Origin: an uncultured OCS116 cluster bacterium
Lineage (GTDB): Bacteria; Pseudomonadota; Alphaproteobacteria; Rhizobiales; TMED25
Length of the DNA: 64,000 nucleotides
Reading direction: 5' to 3'
NCBI GenBank assembly: GCA_902613795.1
Contig: CACMIP010000004.1
Location: 25,862-89,861, forward strand
Both the position numbers and the translations under genes were made by a program. The notes under the pieces were generated by a model, which was not told the DNA's origin, ran no database searches, and worked only from the letters and a program-made list of their open reading frames with translations. Every line of letters begins with the position of its first letter. Position 1 is the stretch's first letter. Shown in pieces: positions 10,128 to 19,303 of the stretch.

Positions 10128-10340
10128 ATGATTAACGAACTTAAATATACATTAGTACTGTTAGCAATTTTTCTCATATCGGGGTATATCTTTCATAGGA
10201 TTAAGTCGCGCGAAATTAGGAATTTAGAAGTGCCACATTTTCTAAGCAGGATTGCAAATATCCTTGGGTTGGTGATAATAATTTCTTTCGCATTAGGTAT
10301 TACTATGGCAGTTATTACAGTAGTAAAATTATTAGATTGA
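10128..10340 (+). CDS. small two-TM hypothetical membrane protein
   Basis: 70 aa, two hydrophobic stretches, ends 9 bp before pirin. Confidence 0.55.
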   Translation: MINELKYTLVLLAIFLISGYIFHRIKSREIRNLEVPHFLSRIANILGLVIIISFALGITMAVITVVKLLD

Positions 10341-10349
10341 AGGATTGAT

Positions 10350-11252
10350 ATGTCATTTAGGCCAATAACAACTATCTCAAAACCAAAACCTGTCATTGAA
10401 GGGGCAGGAGTCTCTCTTGATAGAGTCTTCGGCTTCACGGAGCCAGAAAAATTTGACCCATTTTTACTTTTAGACGATTTCAGAAATGATGACCCAGAAT
10501 GTTATAAGGCTGGGTTTCCATGGCATCCCCATAGAGGTATTGAAACGATAACATATGTCTTGGAGGGAACTGTAGAACACAAAGATAGCTTAGGAAATAC
10601 AGGATTATTATCGGGTGGTGATGTTCAGTGGATGACTGCTGGGTCGGGAATAATGCATCAAGAAATGCCTCAGGGTAATAAGAATGGTCAGATGCATGGC
10701 TTTCAATTATGGGCAAATCTCCCCTCAGAAAAAAAAATGACAACGCCAAGGTATCAAGATATTAATATATCAAATATACCCGTTATTGAAGATGACGATG
10801 GATCAAAAATTAAAGTCATCGTTGGTAATTATAGAGGGATTTTAGGACCGGTTGATGGCATCGCCGCCGAGCCAGAGTTTTTGGATATATCCATACCTCC
10901 GCGTACCCATAAAGTAATAAAAATAGATACATACAAGAAGACTTTTGCGTATATTTTTGATGGTAAGGCAGATTTCAAATATGCTTCAGCTCCAGCCGGA
11001 ATTAGAGTTGAAAAAGAGTTTGAAGGGAGGGAATTAAATATACGAGATTTATCGGGTAATAAAACCTTGATATACTTTGATCCCGGAGAGTTTGTCTCTC
11101 TTCATACAGGTGAAGAAGGTGTCAGGTTCCTTCTTGTTTCAGGAAAGCCAATTAGAGAGCCGATTGCATGGCATGGTCCAATCGTTATGAATTCAAGAAA
11201 TGAGCTGATGCAAGCGATGCATGATTTAAATACGGGGCAATTTATTAAATAA
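10350..11252 (+). CDS. pirin family protein
   Basis: DPFLLLD, GFPWHPHRGIETITY, QWMTAGSGIMHQE, GPIVMN. Confidence 0.95.
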   Translation: MSFRPITTISKPKPVIEGAGVSLDRVFGFTEPEKFDPFLLLDDFRNDDPECYKAGFPWHPHRGIETITYVLEGTVEHKDSLGNTGLLSGGDVQWMTAGSGIMHQEMPQGNKNGQMHGFQLWANLPSEKKMTTPRYQDINISNIPVIEDDDGSKIKVIVGNYRGILGPVDGIAAEPEFLDISIPPRTHKVIKIDTYKKTFAYIFDGKADFKYASAPAGIRVEKEFEGRELNIRDLSGNKTLIYFDPGEFVSLHTGEEGVRFLLVSGKPIREPIAWHGPIVMNSRNELMQAMHDLNTGQFIK

Positions 11253-11278
11253 TTAAAAAACAGCAAGAAGGAGAAAAA

Positions 11279-11653
11279 ATGATCAAAAATAAATTATTTG
11301 TGAAGGGGGGATGCCCTTTTTCATATAAGTTCATAATTTTTCTGAATGAGATAAATAAGCTTGAAGATTTTGATATTAATGTCGCTCATGCCGATGAACC
11401 ATCGTATGAAGAAATTACTATGTATATACTTGAAAAATCAGGTCAAAAAGCAAGTTTCCCGACCGTCGAAACCGATGATGGTATCTTCCTCGTGGGGTCT
11501 GACGAGTTAATTTTACATTATTCTGAGATTTATAAAACAAACAGGGATAATATAAAAATGCTAAATTATTGGGAAAAAAATATGATGCCGAGAATGCGGA
11601 ATGTAATAAAGCAATTAAGAGAAGCAAACGAGAGAATTGAAAGCCTAAGTTAA
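11279..11653 (+). CDS. glutaredoxin/GST N-terminal-like protein
   Basis: GCPFS motif, SFPTV cis-Pro, SD.LI; strong RBS aaggag. Confidence 0.6.
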   Translation: MIKNKLFVKGGCPFSYKFIIFLNEINKLEDFDINVAHADEPSYEEITMYILEKSGQKASFPTVETDDGIFLVGSDELILHYSEIYKTNRDNIKMLNYWEKNMMPRMRNVIKQLREANERIESLS

Positions 11654-11666
11654 AATAGTGTGAAAT

Positions 11667-12317
11667 GTGAGTCTTAATCAGAGTATTGATATATATTGTG
11701 AGAGAATATCTCCTGAAATATTCGCTGAACCAATAAACTTTTTCACAAATATTGCTTTTTGGGTTGCCTTCTTTTTATTACTAAAAAAATATAATAAAAA
11801 AAATTATGAACATGTAAATTTAAGAATTTATTCCATAATACTCATCTCTCTTGTTCTTATAATTGGTACAGGAAGTTTCCTTTTTCATTTATTTGGCAAT
11901 GTATGGTCATTACTAGCTGACACAATTCCAATAATGATTTTTATCATCCTATACCTATATCTTGCCGTCCGTTTCTATCTTGAGCAAACGCAAGTTATTT
12001 CTGTTTTTTCAATATTTTTATTTTTATTCTTAAATTATTCTTTGAGTTATCTTGGCGTTGAGGAGATATCGTCATATCTTATGGCTCTATTTTCTATGTT
12101 GATTATTGCTTGTATTGCTTATAGAAAAAATAAAAGGAATATCTCATACGGACTATTTCTCGCATCTTTCATCTTCATGTTGTCTCTTGGATTTAGGCAA
12201 CTTGATTTATTTACTTGTGCACAATTTTCACATGGCACACATTGGATATGGCATATTTTAAACTCGATATTGTTATATACTCTTGTTGTATTATTTATTG
12301 AAAGAAAAATTCGATGA
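11667..12317 (+). CDS. ceramidase-domain (CREST superfamily) membrane hydrolase
   Basis: YCER....AEP.N..TN.AF, GSFLFH, HWIWH motifs; about 7 TM. Confidence 0.8.
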   Translation: MSLNQSIDIYCERISPEIFAEPINFFTNIAFWVAFFLLLKKYNKKNYEHVNLRIYSIILISLVLIIGTGSFLFHLFGNVWSLLADTIPIMIFIILYLYLAVRFYLEQTQVISVFSIFLFLFLNYSLSYLGVEEISSYLMALFSMLIIACIAYRKNKRNISYGLFLASFIFMLSLGFRQLDLFTCAQFSHGTHWIWHILNSILLYTLVVLFIERKIR

Positions 12318-12649
12318 ATTTTATTATGATTTATTCGACGTGCACCTCAGAAGATGAAGCGACGCATATTACAAAAATTTTATTGGATAAGAATTTGATT
12401 GCCTGCGGAAATATTATTCCAAAGATTTTATCCATTTTTAAGTGGGATAGTAAGATTTCCAGTGAAAGTGAATGTGCGATACTCTTAAAGACAATAGAAG
12501 AAAATTTTGATGGGATATCTGCTCTCATTAAAGAAAATCATTCATATGAAATGCCATGCATTGTGAGCTTTCCCATCAATAATATTGACAAAGATTTTGG
12601 TGAGTGGATAAAGAAAATAACAAAAAAGTCGGCACCAATAAATGAATAG
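12314..12649 (+). CDS. cutA: divalent-cation tolerance protein CutA
   Basis: LIACGNI, SIFKW, E...LLKT, HSYEMPCI. Confidence 0.92.
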   Translation: MNFIMIYSTCTSEDEATHITKILLDKNLIACGNIIPKILSIFKWDSKISSESECAILLKTIEENFDGISALIKENHSYEMPCIVSFPINNIDKDFGEWIKKITKKSAPINE

Positions 12650-13328
12650 AACTTCATTTGAAAAGATAAAAAATAATCGATTTTTTCAAGCATTTGTAAT
12701 TAGTGCGATAATATTATCAGCTTTTTTAGTTGGTGTTTCAACTTATAATATACCTCCGCAAGCAATAATATTTATTTATATTTTAGATACACTAATCACT
12801 ATTTTCTTTGTTATTGAAATTTGTATAAGATTCTTTGCCGAGGATAAGAAACTGCATTTTTTTAAAAATGGGTGGAATATTTTTGATAGCCTAATTGTGA
12901 TAATTTCTATTATGCCAATTGGTCCAAACTCATCAATACTCGTGCTGAGATTATTGAGAATATTTAGAGTTTTAAGATTAATATCTGCCATACCAGAACT
13001 AAAAGAATTAATCGAAGCACTATTAAAATCAATCAAAAGAGTGTTTTATGTATCCTTGCTCCTGTTCATAATAATTTATGTTTATGCATCATTTGGAAGT
13101 ATTCTTTTTGGACAATCAGATCCACAGAGATGGGGAGACCTCGGAATTTCGATGATAACCCTTGTTCAAGTTCTCACACTATCAAGTTGGGAAAATGTAA
13201 TGTTACCTATGCAGGAAAAATTTTGGTGGGCGTGGATATACTTCTATAGTTTTGTCGCAATAGGATCAATAACAATCCTAAATTTGATTATTGCAGTCTT
13301 AGTTGACGTAATAACAAAGCAAAAATAG
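12642..13328 (+). CDS. bacterial voltage-gated sodium channel, NavRh-like
   Basis: 6 TM; WNIFD in S3, S4 RLLRIFRVLR, selectivity filter TLSSWE, NLIIAV in S6. Confidence 0.92.
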   Translation: MNRTSFEKIKNNRFFQAFVISAIILSAFLVGVSTYNIPPQAIIFIYILDTLITIFFVIEICIRFFAEDKKLHFFKNGWNIFDSLIVIISIMPIGPNSSILVLRLLRIFRVLRLISAIPELKELIEALLKSIKRVFYVSLLLFIIIYVYASFGSILFGQSDPQRWGDLGISMITLVQVLTLSSWENVMLPMQEKFWWAWIYFYSFVAIGSITILNLIIAVLVDVITKQK

Positions 13329-13444
13329 TTAACATAAAGTTACTACTTTTTTATAAAAAAACATTGTTTTTAGCACATTTTTCCAATATTTTATGGGTAA
13401 GGAAATAAGGGGTTATATAGTTAATTTTAAAAGGGAGAACTATT

Positions 13445-14134
13445 ATGACAACAGGAGCACTCAATCCAGCTGATTACGTCGGCGTAAGTTTCTGGATTAT
13501 ATCTGCAGCTATGGTTGCAGCAACATTCTTTTTCTGGGTAGAAAGAGATCGCGCAGTTGGTAAATGGAAAACATCTCTAACTGTAGCCGCAATGGTTACA
13601 GGTATTGCTGCCATCCACTATTTCTACATGCGTGATGTTTGGGTTAGCACAGGCGAGTCCCCAATCGTATTCCGATATGTAGACTGGCTGTTAACCGTAC
13701 CACTACAAATTGTTGAATTCTACTTAATACTAGCAGCTATTGCTGTGGTTGCAGCGTCACTATTCTGGCGTCTGCTCATCGCATCAGTTGTAATGCTAGT
13801 TGCCGGTTATCTCGGTGAAGTAGGTGCAATGAATGTCTGGCTTGCGTTCATCATCGGAATGGCAGGTTGGATCTACATCATTTACGAAATATTTGCTGGT
13901 GAAGCAAGTAAAATTAGTGCAAGTGATGGTACCCCAGCATCTCAACGAGCATTTAATGCTTTGAGAATCATAGTAACAGTCGGTTGGGCGATTTACCCAC
14001 TTGGCTATGTACTTGGTTACGCTGGTGCCGGAAGTGCAGATGCGCTCAACATCATATACAACCTTGCTGATTTTGTTAATAAAATCGCATTCGGTGTTGT
14101 TATATGGGTTGCTGCTACATCTGACGCAAAATAA
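13445..14134 (+). CDS. proteorhodopsin, blue-tuned proton pump
   Basis: RYVDWLLTVPLQIVEF (D97, T101, Q105, E108), His75 in IHY, YNLADFVNK with retinal Lys; RBS agggag. Confidence 0.97.
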   Translation: MTTGALNPADYVGVSFWIISAAMVAATFFFWVERDRAVGKWKTSLTVAAMVTGIAAIHYFYMRDVWVSTGESPIVFRYVDWLLTVPLQIVEFYLILAAIAVVAASLFWRLLIASVVMLVAGYLGEVGAMNVWLAFIIGMAGWIYIIYEIFAGEASKISASDGTPASQRAFNALRIIVTVGWAIYPLGYVLGYAGAGSADALNIIYNLADFVNKIAFGVVIWVAATSDAK

Positions 14135-14140
14135 TAACAA

Positions 14141-14169
14141 GTTGGTGGTTGTCTAGTACAACCACCAAC
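14141..14169 (+). terminator. hairpin after proteorhodopsin (probable terminator or mRNA stabiliser)
   Basis: GTTGGTGGTTGT-ctagt-ACAACCACCAAC, perfect 12-bp stem; weak U-tract. Confidence 0.65.
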
Positions 14170-14196
14170 ACTTATAACCCCCTAAACTTCCTTCTT

Positions 14197-14556
14197 ATGA
14201 AAAAGCCTACCATTCAAGTAATTTATAATCATTCTTGCTCGATCTGTAGGTTCGAAATTAATCACTATAAAAAACAAAATACAGATACAATTCAGTATCT
14301 TGATTTGCATCAAGATTTACCAAACAAGTTGGGCTCAATCGAGAAAGCTAAGTTGATTAGAAAACTTCATGTATGTGAAGGGGATAAAGTTTATATTGGT
14401 GTAGATGCATTTAAGTTAATTTGGTCCCAGATTGGCCGGTATAAATTTCTTGCAAAATTGCTTGATTATAAAGTTGTATATTTTCTTGCAACGTATTTAT
14501 ATGAAGTGCTGGCTTTTTTTTTATATCTAAAAAACAGGAAGCAAATTAATGAGTAA
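14197..14556 (+). CDS. DUF393/DCC1-like thiol-disulfide oxidoreductase
   Basis: VIYNHSCSICRFEI, LHV......GVDAF..IW; start moved to ATG 14197 downstream of the hairpin. Confidence 0.8.
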   Translation: MKKPTIQVIYNHSCSICRFEINHYKKQNTDTIQYLDLHQDLPNKLGSIEKAKLIRKLHVCEGDKVYIGVDAFKLIWSQIGRYKFLAKLLDYKVVYFLATYLYEVLAFFLYLKNRKQINE

Positions 14557-14674
14557 AAATCTTCCTGAAAAAATTTGTGTTAGGTGTAAAAAACCTTTTA
14601 GCTGGAGAAAGAAGTGGAAACTAAATTGGAGTGACGTTAAATATTGTTCAAAGCGATGTAGGGATAATAAGTAA
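14549..14674 (+). CDS. DUF2256 family small Cys-rich protein (41 aa, absent from ORF track)
   Basis: Manual translation MSKNLPEKICVRCKKPFSWRKKWKLNWSDVKYCSKRCRDNK*, which fits the LP.K.C..C..PF.WRKKW...W..VKYCS.RCR pattern. Confidence 0.88.
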   Translation: MSKNLPEKICVRCKKPFSWRKKWKLNWSDVKYCSKRCRDNK

Positions 14675-14677
14675 TCT

Positions 14678-16429
14678 TTATATTGAATATAGTGCTCTCA
14701 GATCCCCCTCATATTTTTCAAGCACCTTATACCTTTTTATTTTCATAGATGGCGTCATCATTTCATTTTCAACTGTAAATTCTTCATCAACAATAATATA
14801 ATTTTTTACTTTTTCGATGGCTGAAAGTTGATGGTTAACTCGTTTCAGTACTTCATCAATAATCTTTTTTGATGGCTGCATCTCATTTACAAAACTTTTA
14901 TCAATAACAATAATTGCAACTAGGTATTTTTCTCCATCTCCATATACCATTGCCTGGTTAATTACAGGCTCCATCACCAGCATGGTCTCTATTTTTGTTG
15001 GAGAAATATTATCCCCACCAGAATTTACGATAATGTCTTTCATACGATCTGTAATAACTAAGTAGTCGTCCTTATCAAAAACCCCAACATCACCAGTTTT
15101 TAACCATTCTCCTGAAAATGCATTTATTGTTGCATCCGGGTCTTTAAAATATCCATTCATTACATTTTCACCTTTGACAAGAATCTCGCCCTCATCTGAT
15201 ATCTTTACATCAGTATTAGGCAATAATCGACCTACTGTTTCGATTTTATTATTTTTTGGGTAATTTACAGATATTACAGGCCCGCTCTCCGTTTGCCCAT
15301 AGCCTTGGTAGATTGGAATACCAAGGGAATATAAGGATATACCAACATCGTAATTTAGAGCAGCACCACCTGATATCAGCCCTACCAATCTGCCCCCGAA
15401 TCTATTTCCGATCTTTTTTCTAACCAAAAAGGATAAAATTCTATTATAAAATTTACTCCTAAGTGAGAGCTTTTCAAACTCATATAACTTCCGTCCTAAT
15501 GTGATTGTATCGTTAAATAATTTCTTTTTAAATTTATTTTCTTTGCTCATTTGTACAGAAATCTTCTGCAAGAGACTCTCATAAAACCTAGGTACTGCTG
15601 ACATCAAATGAGGCCTAACCTCACCAAGATTTTGAAGTAGTTTATCTGTACCTTCTGCATAGTAAATCTGGTTACCAGAATATAAATTATAAAACTGTAA
15701 GGTGTGCTCATATGAATGTGACAATGGGAGCCATGATAAAAATAGTACATCATCAATATTATTCAGCTCCGATCCCAGTATCTCATGGGCGCCTTCGCAA
15801 TTATGCAGAATTGAGCCATGACTTAACATCACACCCTTTGGGAAGCCAGAAGTTCCAGAGGTATATATGATGCATGCAATATCTTTTCTATTCTTTCTTA
15901 TTGCCTGATTGAATACATGGTCAGTATCATTATCTGTGGGCATGCTTTGAATCTCATCCCATTTATGTATCACAATTAAATCATTTTTTTTCAGGTCAAA
16001 ATCATCGATAATTATAAGATCCCGCTTTATTTTCAGTTTATTTATAGCTGACTCAATTTTTGAATATAAAAATTCAGTGGATACAATTATTACTCTTGCT
16101 TCGGAGTGGCTTATTAAATATTCATAGTCTTGTGAGGTGATTGTTGTGTAAGCTGGAACTGATATACCATCTGCCGCCATGATGGCTAAGTCACTTATTT
16201 GCCATTCAGGTCTGTTTTCTGAGACAAGCATCACCCTGGCTTCATTTTTAATACCTATCTTTTTTAGATAGTTCGCTAATTTTTTAACTCGAGAGTATGT
16301 TTCATTCCAACTCAGGGATTGATAATGCTTGTTATTTTTTGACCAAAGATATGGCGCATCACCATATTTCTTTGCTTGGTCACAAAAAACAGACAGTAGA
16401 TTTAGATATTTTTGGATAGAGTCAGACAT
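14678..16429 (-). CDS. long-chain fatty acid--CoA ligase (AMP-dependent synthetase)
   Basis: IIYTSGTSGFPKGVMLSH, QGYGQTE, WLKTGDVG, TPSMKIKR. Confidence 0.93.
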   Translation of the reverse strand: MSDSIQKYLNLLSVFCDQAKKYGDAPYLWSKNNKHYQSLSWNETYSRVKKLANYLKKIGIKNEARVMLVSENRPEWQISDLAIMAADGISVPAYTTITSQDYEYLISHSEARVIIVSTEFLYSKIESAINKLKIKRDLIIIDDFDLKKNDLIVIHKWDEIQSMPTDNDTDHVFNQAIRKNRKDIACIIYTSGTSGFPKGVMLSHGSILHNCEGAHEILGSELNNIDDVLFLSWLPLSHSYEHTLQFYNLYSGNQIYYAEGTDKLLQNLGEVRPHLMSAVPRFYESLLQKISVQMSKENKFKKKLFNDTITLGRKLYEFEKLSLRSKFYNRILSFLVRKKIGNRFGGRLVGLISGGAALNYDVGISLYSLGIPIYQGYGQTESGPVISVNYPKNNKIETVGRLLPNTDVKISDEGEILVKGENVMNGYFKDPDATINAFSGEWLKTGDVGVFDKDDYLVITDRMKDIIVNSGGDNISPTKIETMLVMEPVINQAMVYGDGEKYLVAIIVIDKSFVNEMQPSKKIIDEVLKRVNHQLSAIEKVKNYIIVDEEFTVENEMMTPSMKIKRYKVLEKYEGDLRALYSI

Positions 16430-16461
16430 AAAGAATTATCTCAAAATTATGGGCACAATGA

Positions 16462-16537
16462 TGGTGGAGCCAGGGGGGCTCGAACCCCCGACCTCTTCGC
16501 TGCCAGCGAAGCGCTCTCCCAACTGAGCTATGGCCCC
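16462..16537 (-). tRNA. tRNA-Ala(GGC)
   Basis: GGGGCCATAGCTCAGTTGGGAGAGCG-CTTCG CTGGCAG CGAAG-...GTTCGAG...CTCCACCA; G3:U70 pair, encoded CCA. Confidence 0.97.
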
Positions 16538-16621
16538 ATATCTGCAAAATAACATAAATCTAGGTATCATTAAATATAGAATCGTTTTTTGATAAAATTT
16601 AATCGCAATAAAAAATAGATC

Positions 16622-17056
16622 TCATTTACAATAGTTTGGAAGAGGTAATTCTCTTGATGCCTCTGTCTCGAAGATTTTATACTTCCCTCTTGAGTAGCTT
16701 CTACAATCTCTTGCGCAGCTATTCTCAATTATTTTTTGTTGTAAGTCTTCAGTAATATCTTTTTTTGTTACTGTACAAATACCTACATACCGGTCATAGG
16801 TCATATCACCTGTTAATTTGCATGACACCGTGTCGGACTCAGCAATAATTTTTTCTACTGTTTTTTTGCAAGATTTATAAGTCACATGACCTTTTTCTGC
16901 AGCGGATATTCCATTTAAGCGTATCTTCTTATTGCACAGCTTTATTGTATCTGCATCAATTACATACACATTATGGGCGGCACAATTAATTTCTTTACTA
17001 TACGAAAGGGAAGTATAACTTATTAGAATAATTATTATGTAAACCAGTCTTTTCAT
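16622..17056 (-). CDS. thermonuclease (SNase-like) family protein, secreted
   Basis: Signal peptide; VIDADTI, IRLNGISAAE, YDRYVGIC. Confidence 0.8.
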   Translation of the reverse strand: MKRLVYIIIILISYTSLSYSKEINCAAHNVYVIDADTIKLCNKKIRLNGISAAEKGHVTYKSCKKTVEKIIAESDTVSCKLTGDMTYDRYVGICTVTKKDITEDLQQKIIENSCARDCRSYSRGKYKIFETEASRELPLPNYCK

Positions 17057-17123
17057 AATTCCAAATCAATCTGGATTGTGTAATATTCTATCTTATTAGA
17101 ATTATAGAAAAATAAAATTAAAA

Positions 17124-17777
17124 ATGATCAAAGCAGAACGCGTCAAAAATATAATTAAAATATTGGATAGGATTTATCCAAATCCTCCCATCCCACTTGA
17201 TCATAAGAATATATTTGAATTGCTAATTTCCGTTCTGCTCAGCGCTCAATGTACGGATGTTCGGGTGAATCAAGTTACGCCGAGCCTCTTTCAGTTAGCA
17301 AATAATGCGAAGGACATGAGTCATCTAGATTTAAACGTAATTTATGAAATAATAAGACCCTGCGGCTTAGCGCCACAAAAATCTGCTGCAATAAAGGAGC
17401 TGTCCGAGATACTCATTCGTGATTTTAACGGTCAAGTTCCGGATACCTATGAGGAATTGGAGATTTTACCTGGTGTGGGCCACAAGACAGCATCCGTTGT
17501 AATGTCTCAGGGTCATGGTCACCCTGCTTTTCCGGTTGATACACACATACACCGGCTAGCCCAACGATGGGGTCTCACAAATGGAAAAAGTGTTGTTCAA
17601 ACAGAAAGAGATTTAAAAAGATTATTCCCAAAAGATAATTGGAATAGATTACATTTACAAATTATATTTTATGGACGCGAATACTGTCAGGCCAGAGCAT
17701 GTTTTGGTATTGATTGCGAGATCTGCAACACTTGTTATCCTGACAGAAAAAAACCCATCAAGGTTAAAAAACCATAA
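17124..17777 (+). CDS. nth: endonuclease III
   Basis: LLSAQCTD.RVN, HhH LPGVGHKTA, PVDTH, C-terminal Cys cluster. Confidence 0.96.
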   Translation: MIKAERVKNIIKILDRIYPNPPIPLDHKNIFELLISVLLSAQCTDVRVNQVTPSLFQLANNAKDMSHLDLNVIYEIIRPCGLAPQKSAAIKELSEILIRDFNGQVPDTYEELEILPGVGHKTASVVMSQGHGHPAFPVDTHIHRLAQRWGLTNGKSVVQTERDLKRLFPKDNWNRLHLQIIFYGREYCQARACFGIDCEICNTCYPDRKKPIKVKKP

Positions 17778-17851
17778 GATCAACGTGAAATGTAAACTAT
17801 GAAAGTATATTAATCGTTTTATAATCATCGTTTGATATAAGGACAAATTAC

Positions 17852-18289
17852 ATGAATAAGCTTACACTTCTTTTTACTTTAATCGCCCTTCTTTTTACAC
17901 ACAACAGCGCGATCTCCGCAACATATGACGTAGATATGTTAAATAAAAGAGATGATGGAGAGAAGATGGTTTACTCTGAAGATATTTTATATGTTGAACT
18001 AAATGACACAGTTAATTGGCTAACTACTTCGCCCGGACACAACGTAGAGTTTATTGGCGCCCCAGAAAATGCAGAACTTCCAAAGAAACCTTCTAAGGTA
18101 AATAAAGAATTTAGTTATACCTTCGATGAGCCAGGTGTATATTTATATCAATGTTCACCACACAAGAGCATGGGTATGATCGCATTGGTCATTGTGGATG
18201 GCGATCTATCAAATATTGATGATATTGCATCTACGAGAGTTGTTGGAAAAAGTAAGAAAAAACTCGAAGCACTCATAGCTGGCCTGTAG
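17852..18289 (+). CDS. pseudoazurin-like blue copper protein
   Basis: Signal peptide; MLN....MV, GHNVEF, YQCSPHKSMGM type-1 Cu ligands. Confidence 0.88.
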   Translation: MNKLTLLFTLIALLFTHNSAISATYDVDMLNKRDDGEKMVYSEDILYVELNDTVNWLTTSPGHNVEFIGAPENAELPKKPSKVNKEFSYTFDEPGVYLYQCSPHKSMGMIALVIVDGDLSNIDDIASTRVVGKSKKKLEALIAGL

Positions 18290-18319
18290 TATAATCATTC
18301 ATTAAAATCTGGTGAAACT

Positions 18320-19297
18320 ATGGATAAAGTTGCCGTAATCGGAGCTGGTATATCTGGCCTGGCCCTAGCTAATAAGTTAAAAAACCATTTTGAAGTTGTT
18401 GTATTTGAAAAATCACGTGGCTATGGAGGACGTGTTGCGACAAGAAGATTTGGTGAGTTTATATTTGATCATGGAGCTCAGTTTTTCAAAGCAAAAACAG
18501 AAGAATTTAAGAACTATATTAACCCCATGATAGATCAGAATATTATCGATGTTTGGAAGGCACGGTTTGTTGAAATTGATAATGGTAAAATTACCAATGC
18601 CCGTGTTTGGGGGGAAGATCCGTCAAATTACGTTGGAATACCATCCATGAATGCTATTGGCAAATATATGGCAGACGGCCTAAATGTTAGATTATCAGAG
18701 AAAGTGGCGAATGTCTTAAAGGGTAATAAGTGGCAACTATATGATGAAGCCAATGACAATATTGGTGAGTTTGATTGGGTAATTTCTGCAATACCGCCCA
18801 AACAAGCAATAGATATGATCCCTGATGTTGTTAATTTATATTGCGAAATCAGTCGTTACGAGATGCTTGCATGTTATTCGCTGATGCTGGGTTACGAGGA
18901 AAAAATAGATATAGGGTTTGATGCTGCACTAATAAAGGGAGCGGATATTAGCTGGCTATCGGTAAATTCATCAAAGTACTCAAGCGTAAATAATACAGCA
19001 TTTCTGATTCACTCAACGAACAAATGGGCATCTCAAAATATAGATAATGATAGGGATTGGGTTAAGGGCTATCTCTGTAATGAATTATCAAATCTAGTTC
19101 CAATAAAAACAGAAAATGCCAATTATATTGGATTACAGGGATGGCGTTATGCAAATATAAAAAAACAAAATAATCCTGAATTTTTTTTGGATAGAGATAA
19201 TAAATTTGGTCTTTGCGGAGACTGGTTTATTCAAGGTAGGATTGAAGCCGCTTATCTAAGTGGCTCTCATTTGGGCGATCATATACTAATATCTTAG
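18320..19297 (+). CDS. NAD/FAD-dependent oxidoreductase (renalase-like, COG3380-type)
   Basis: VIGAGISG, FEKSRG.GGR.ATRR, FDHGAQFF, WRYA, CGDW...RIEAA.LSG. Confidence 0.88.
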   Translation: MDKVAVIGAGISGLALANKLKNHFEVVVFEKSRGYGGRVATRRFGEFIFDHGAQFFKAKTEEFKNYINPMIDQNIIDVWKARFVEIDNGKITNARVWGEDPSNYVGIPSMNAIGKYMADGLNVRLSEKVANVLKGNKWQLYDEANDNIGEFDWVISAIPPKQAIDMIPDVVNLYCEISRYEMLACYSLMLGYEEKIDIGFDAALIKGADISWLSVNSSKYSSVNNTAFLIHSTNKWASQNIDNDRDWVKGYLCNELSNLVPIKTENANYIGLQGWRYANIKKQNNPEFFLDRDNKFGLCGDWFIQGRIEAAYLSGSHLGDHILIS

Positions 19298-19303
19298 CTA
19301 TTA

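Noticed and set aside
13796-14140. 114-aa Cys-rich ORF antisense to proteorhodopsin, and similar short antisense ORFs throughout the track
   Set aside because: They lie opposite well-supported genes, have no recognisable motifs, and are expected from codon bias.
16329-16526. 65-aa ORF ending VEPGGLEPPTSSLPAKRSPN
   Set aside because: Translation of the antisense strand of tRNA-Ala; spurious.
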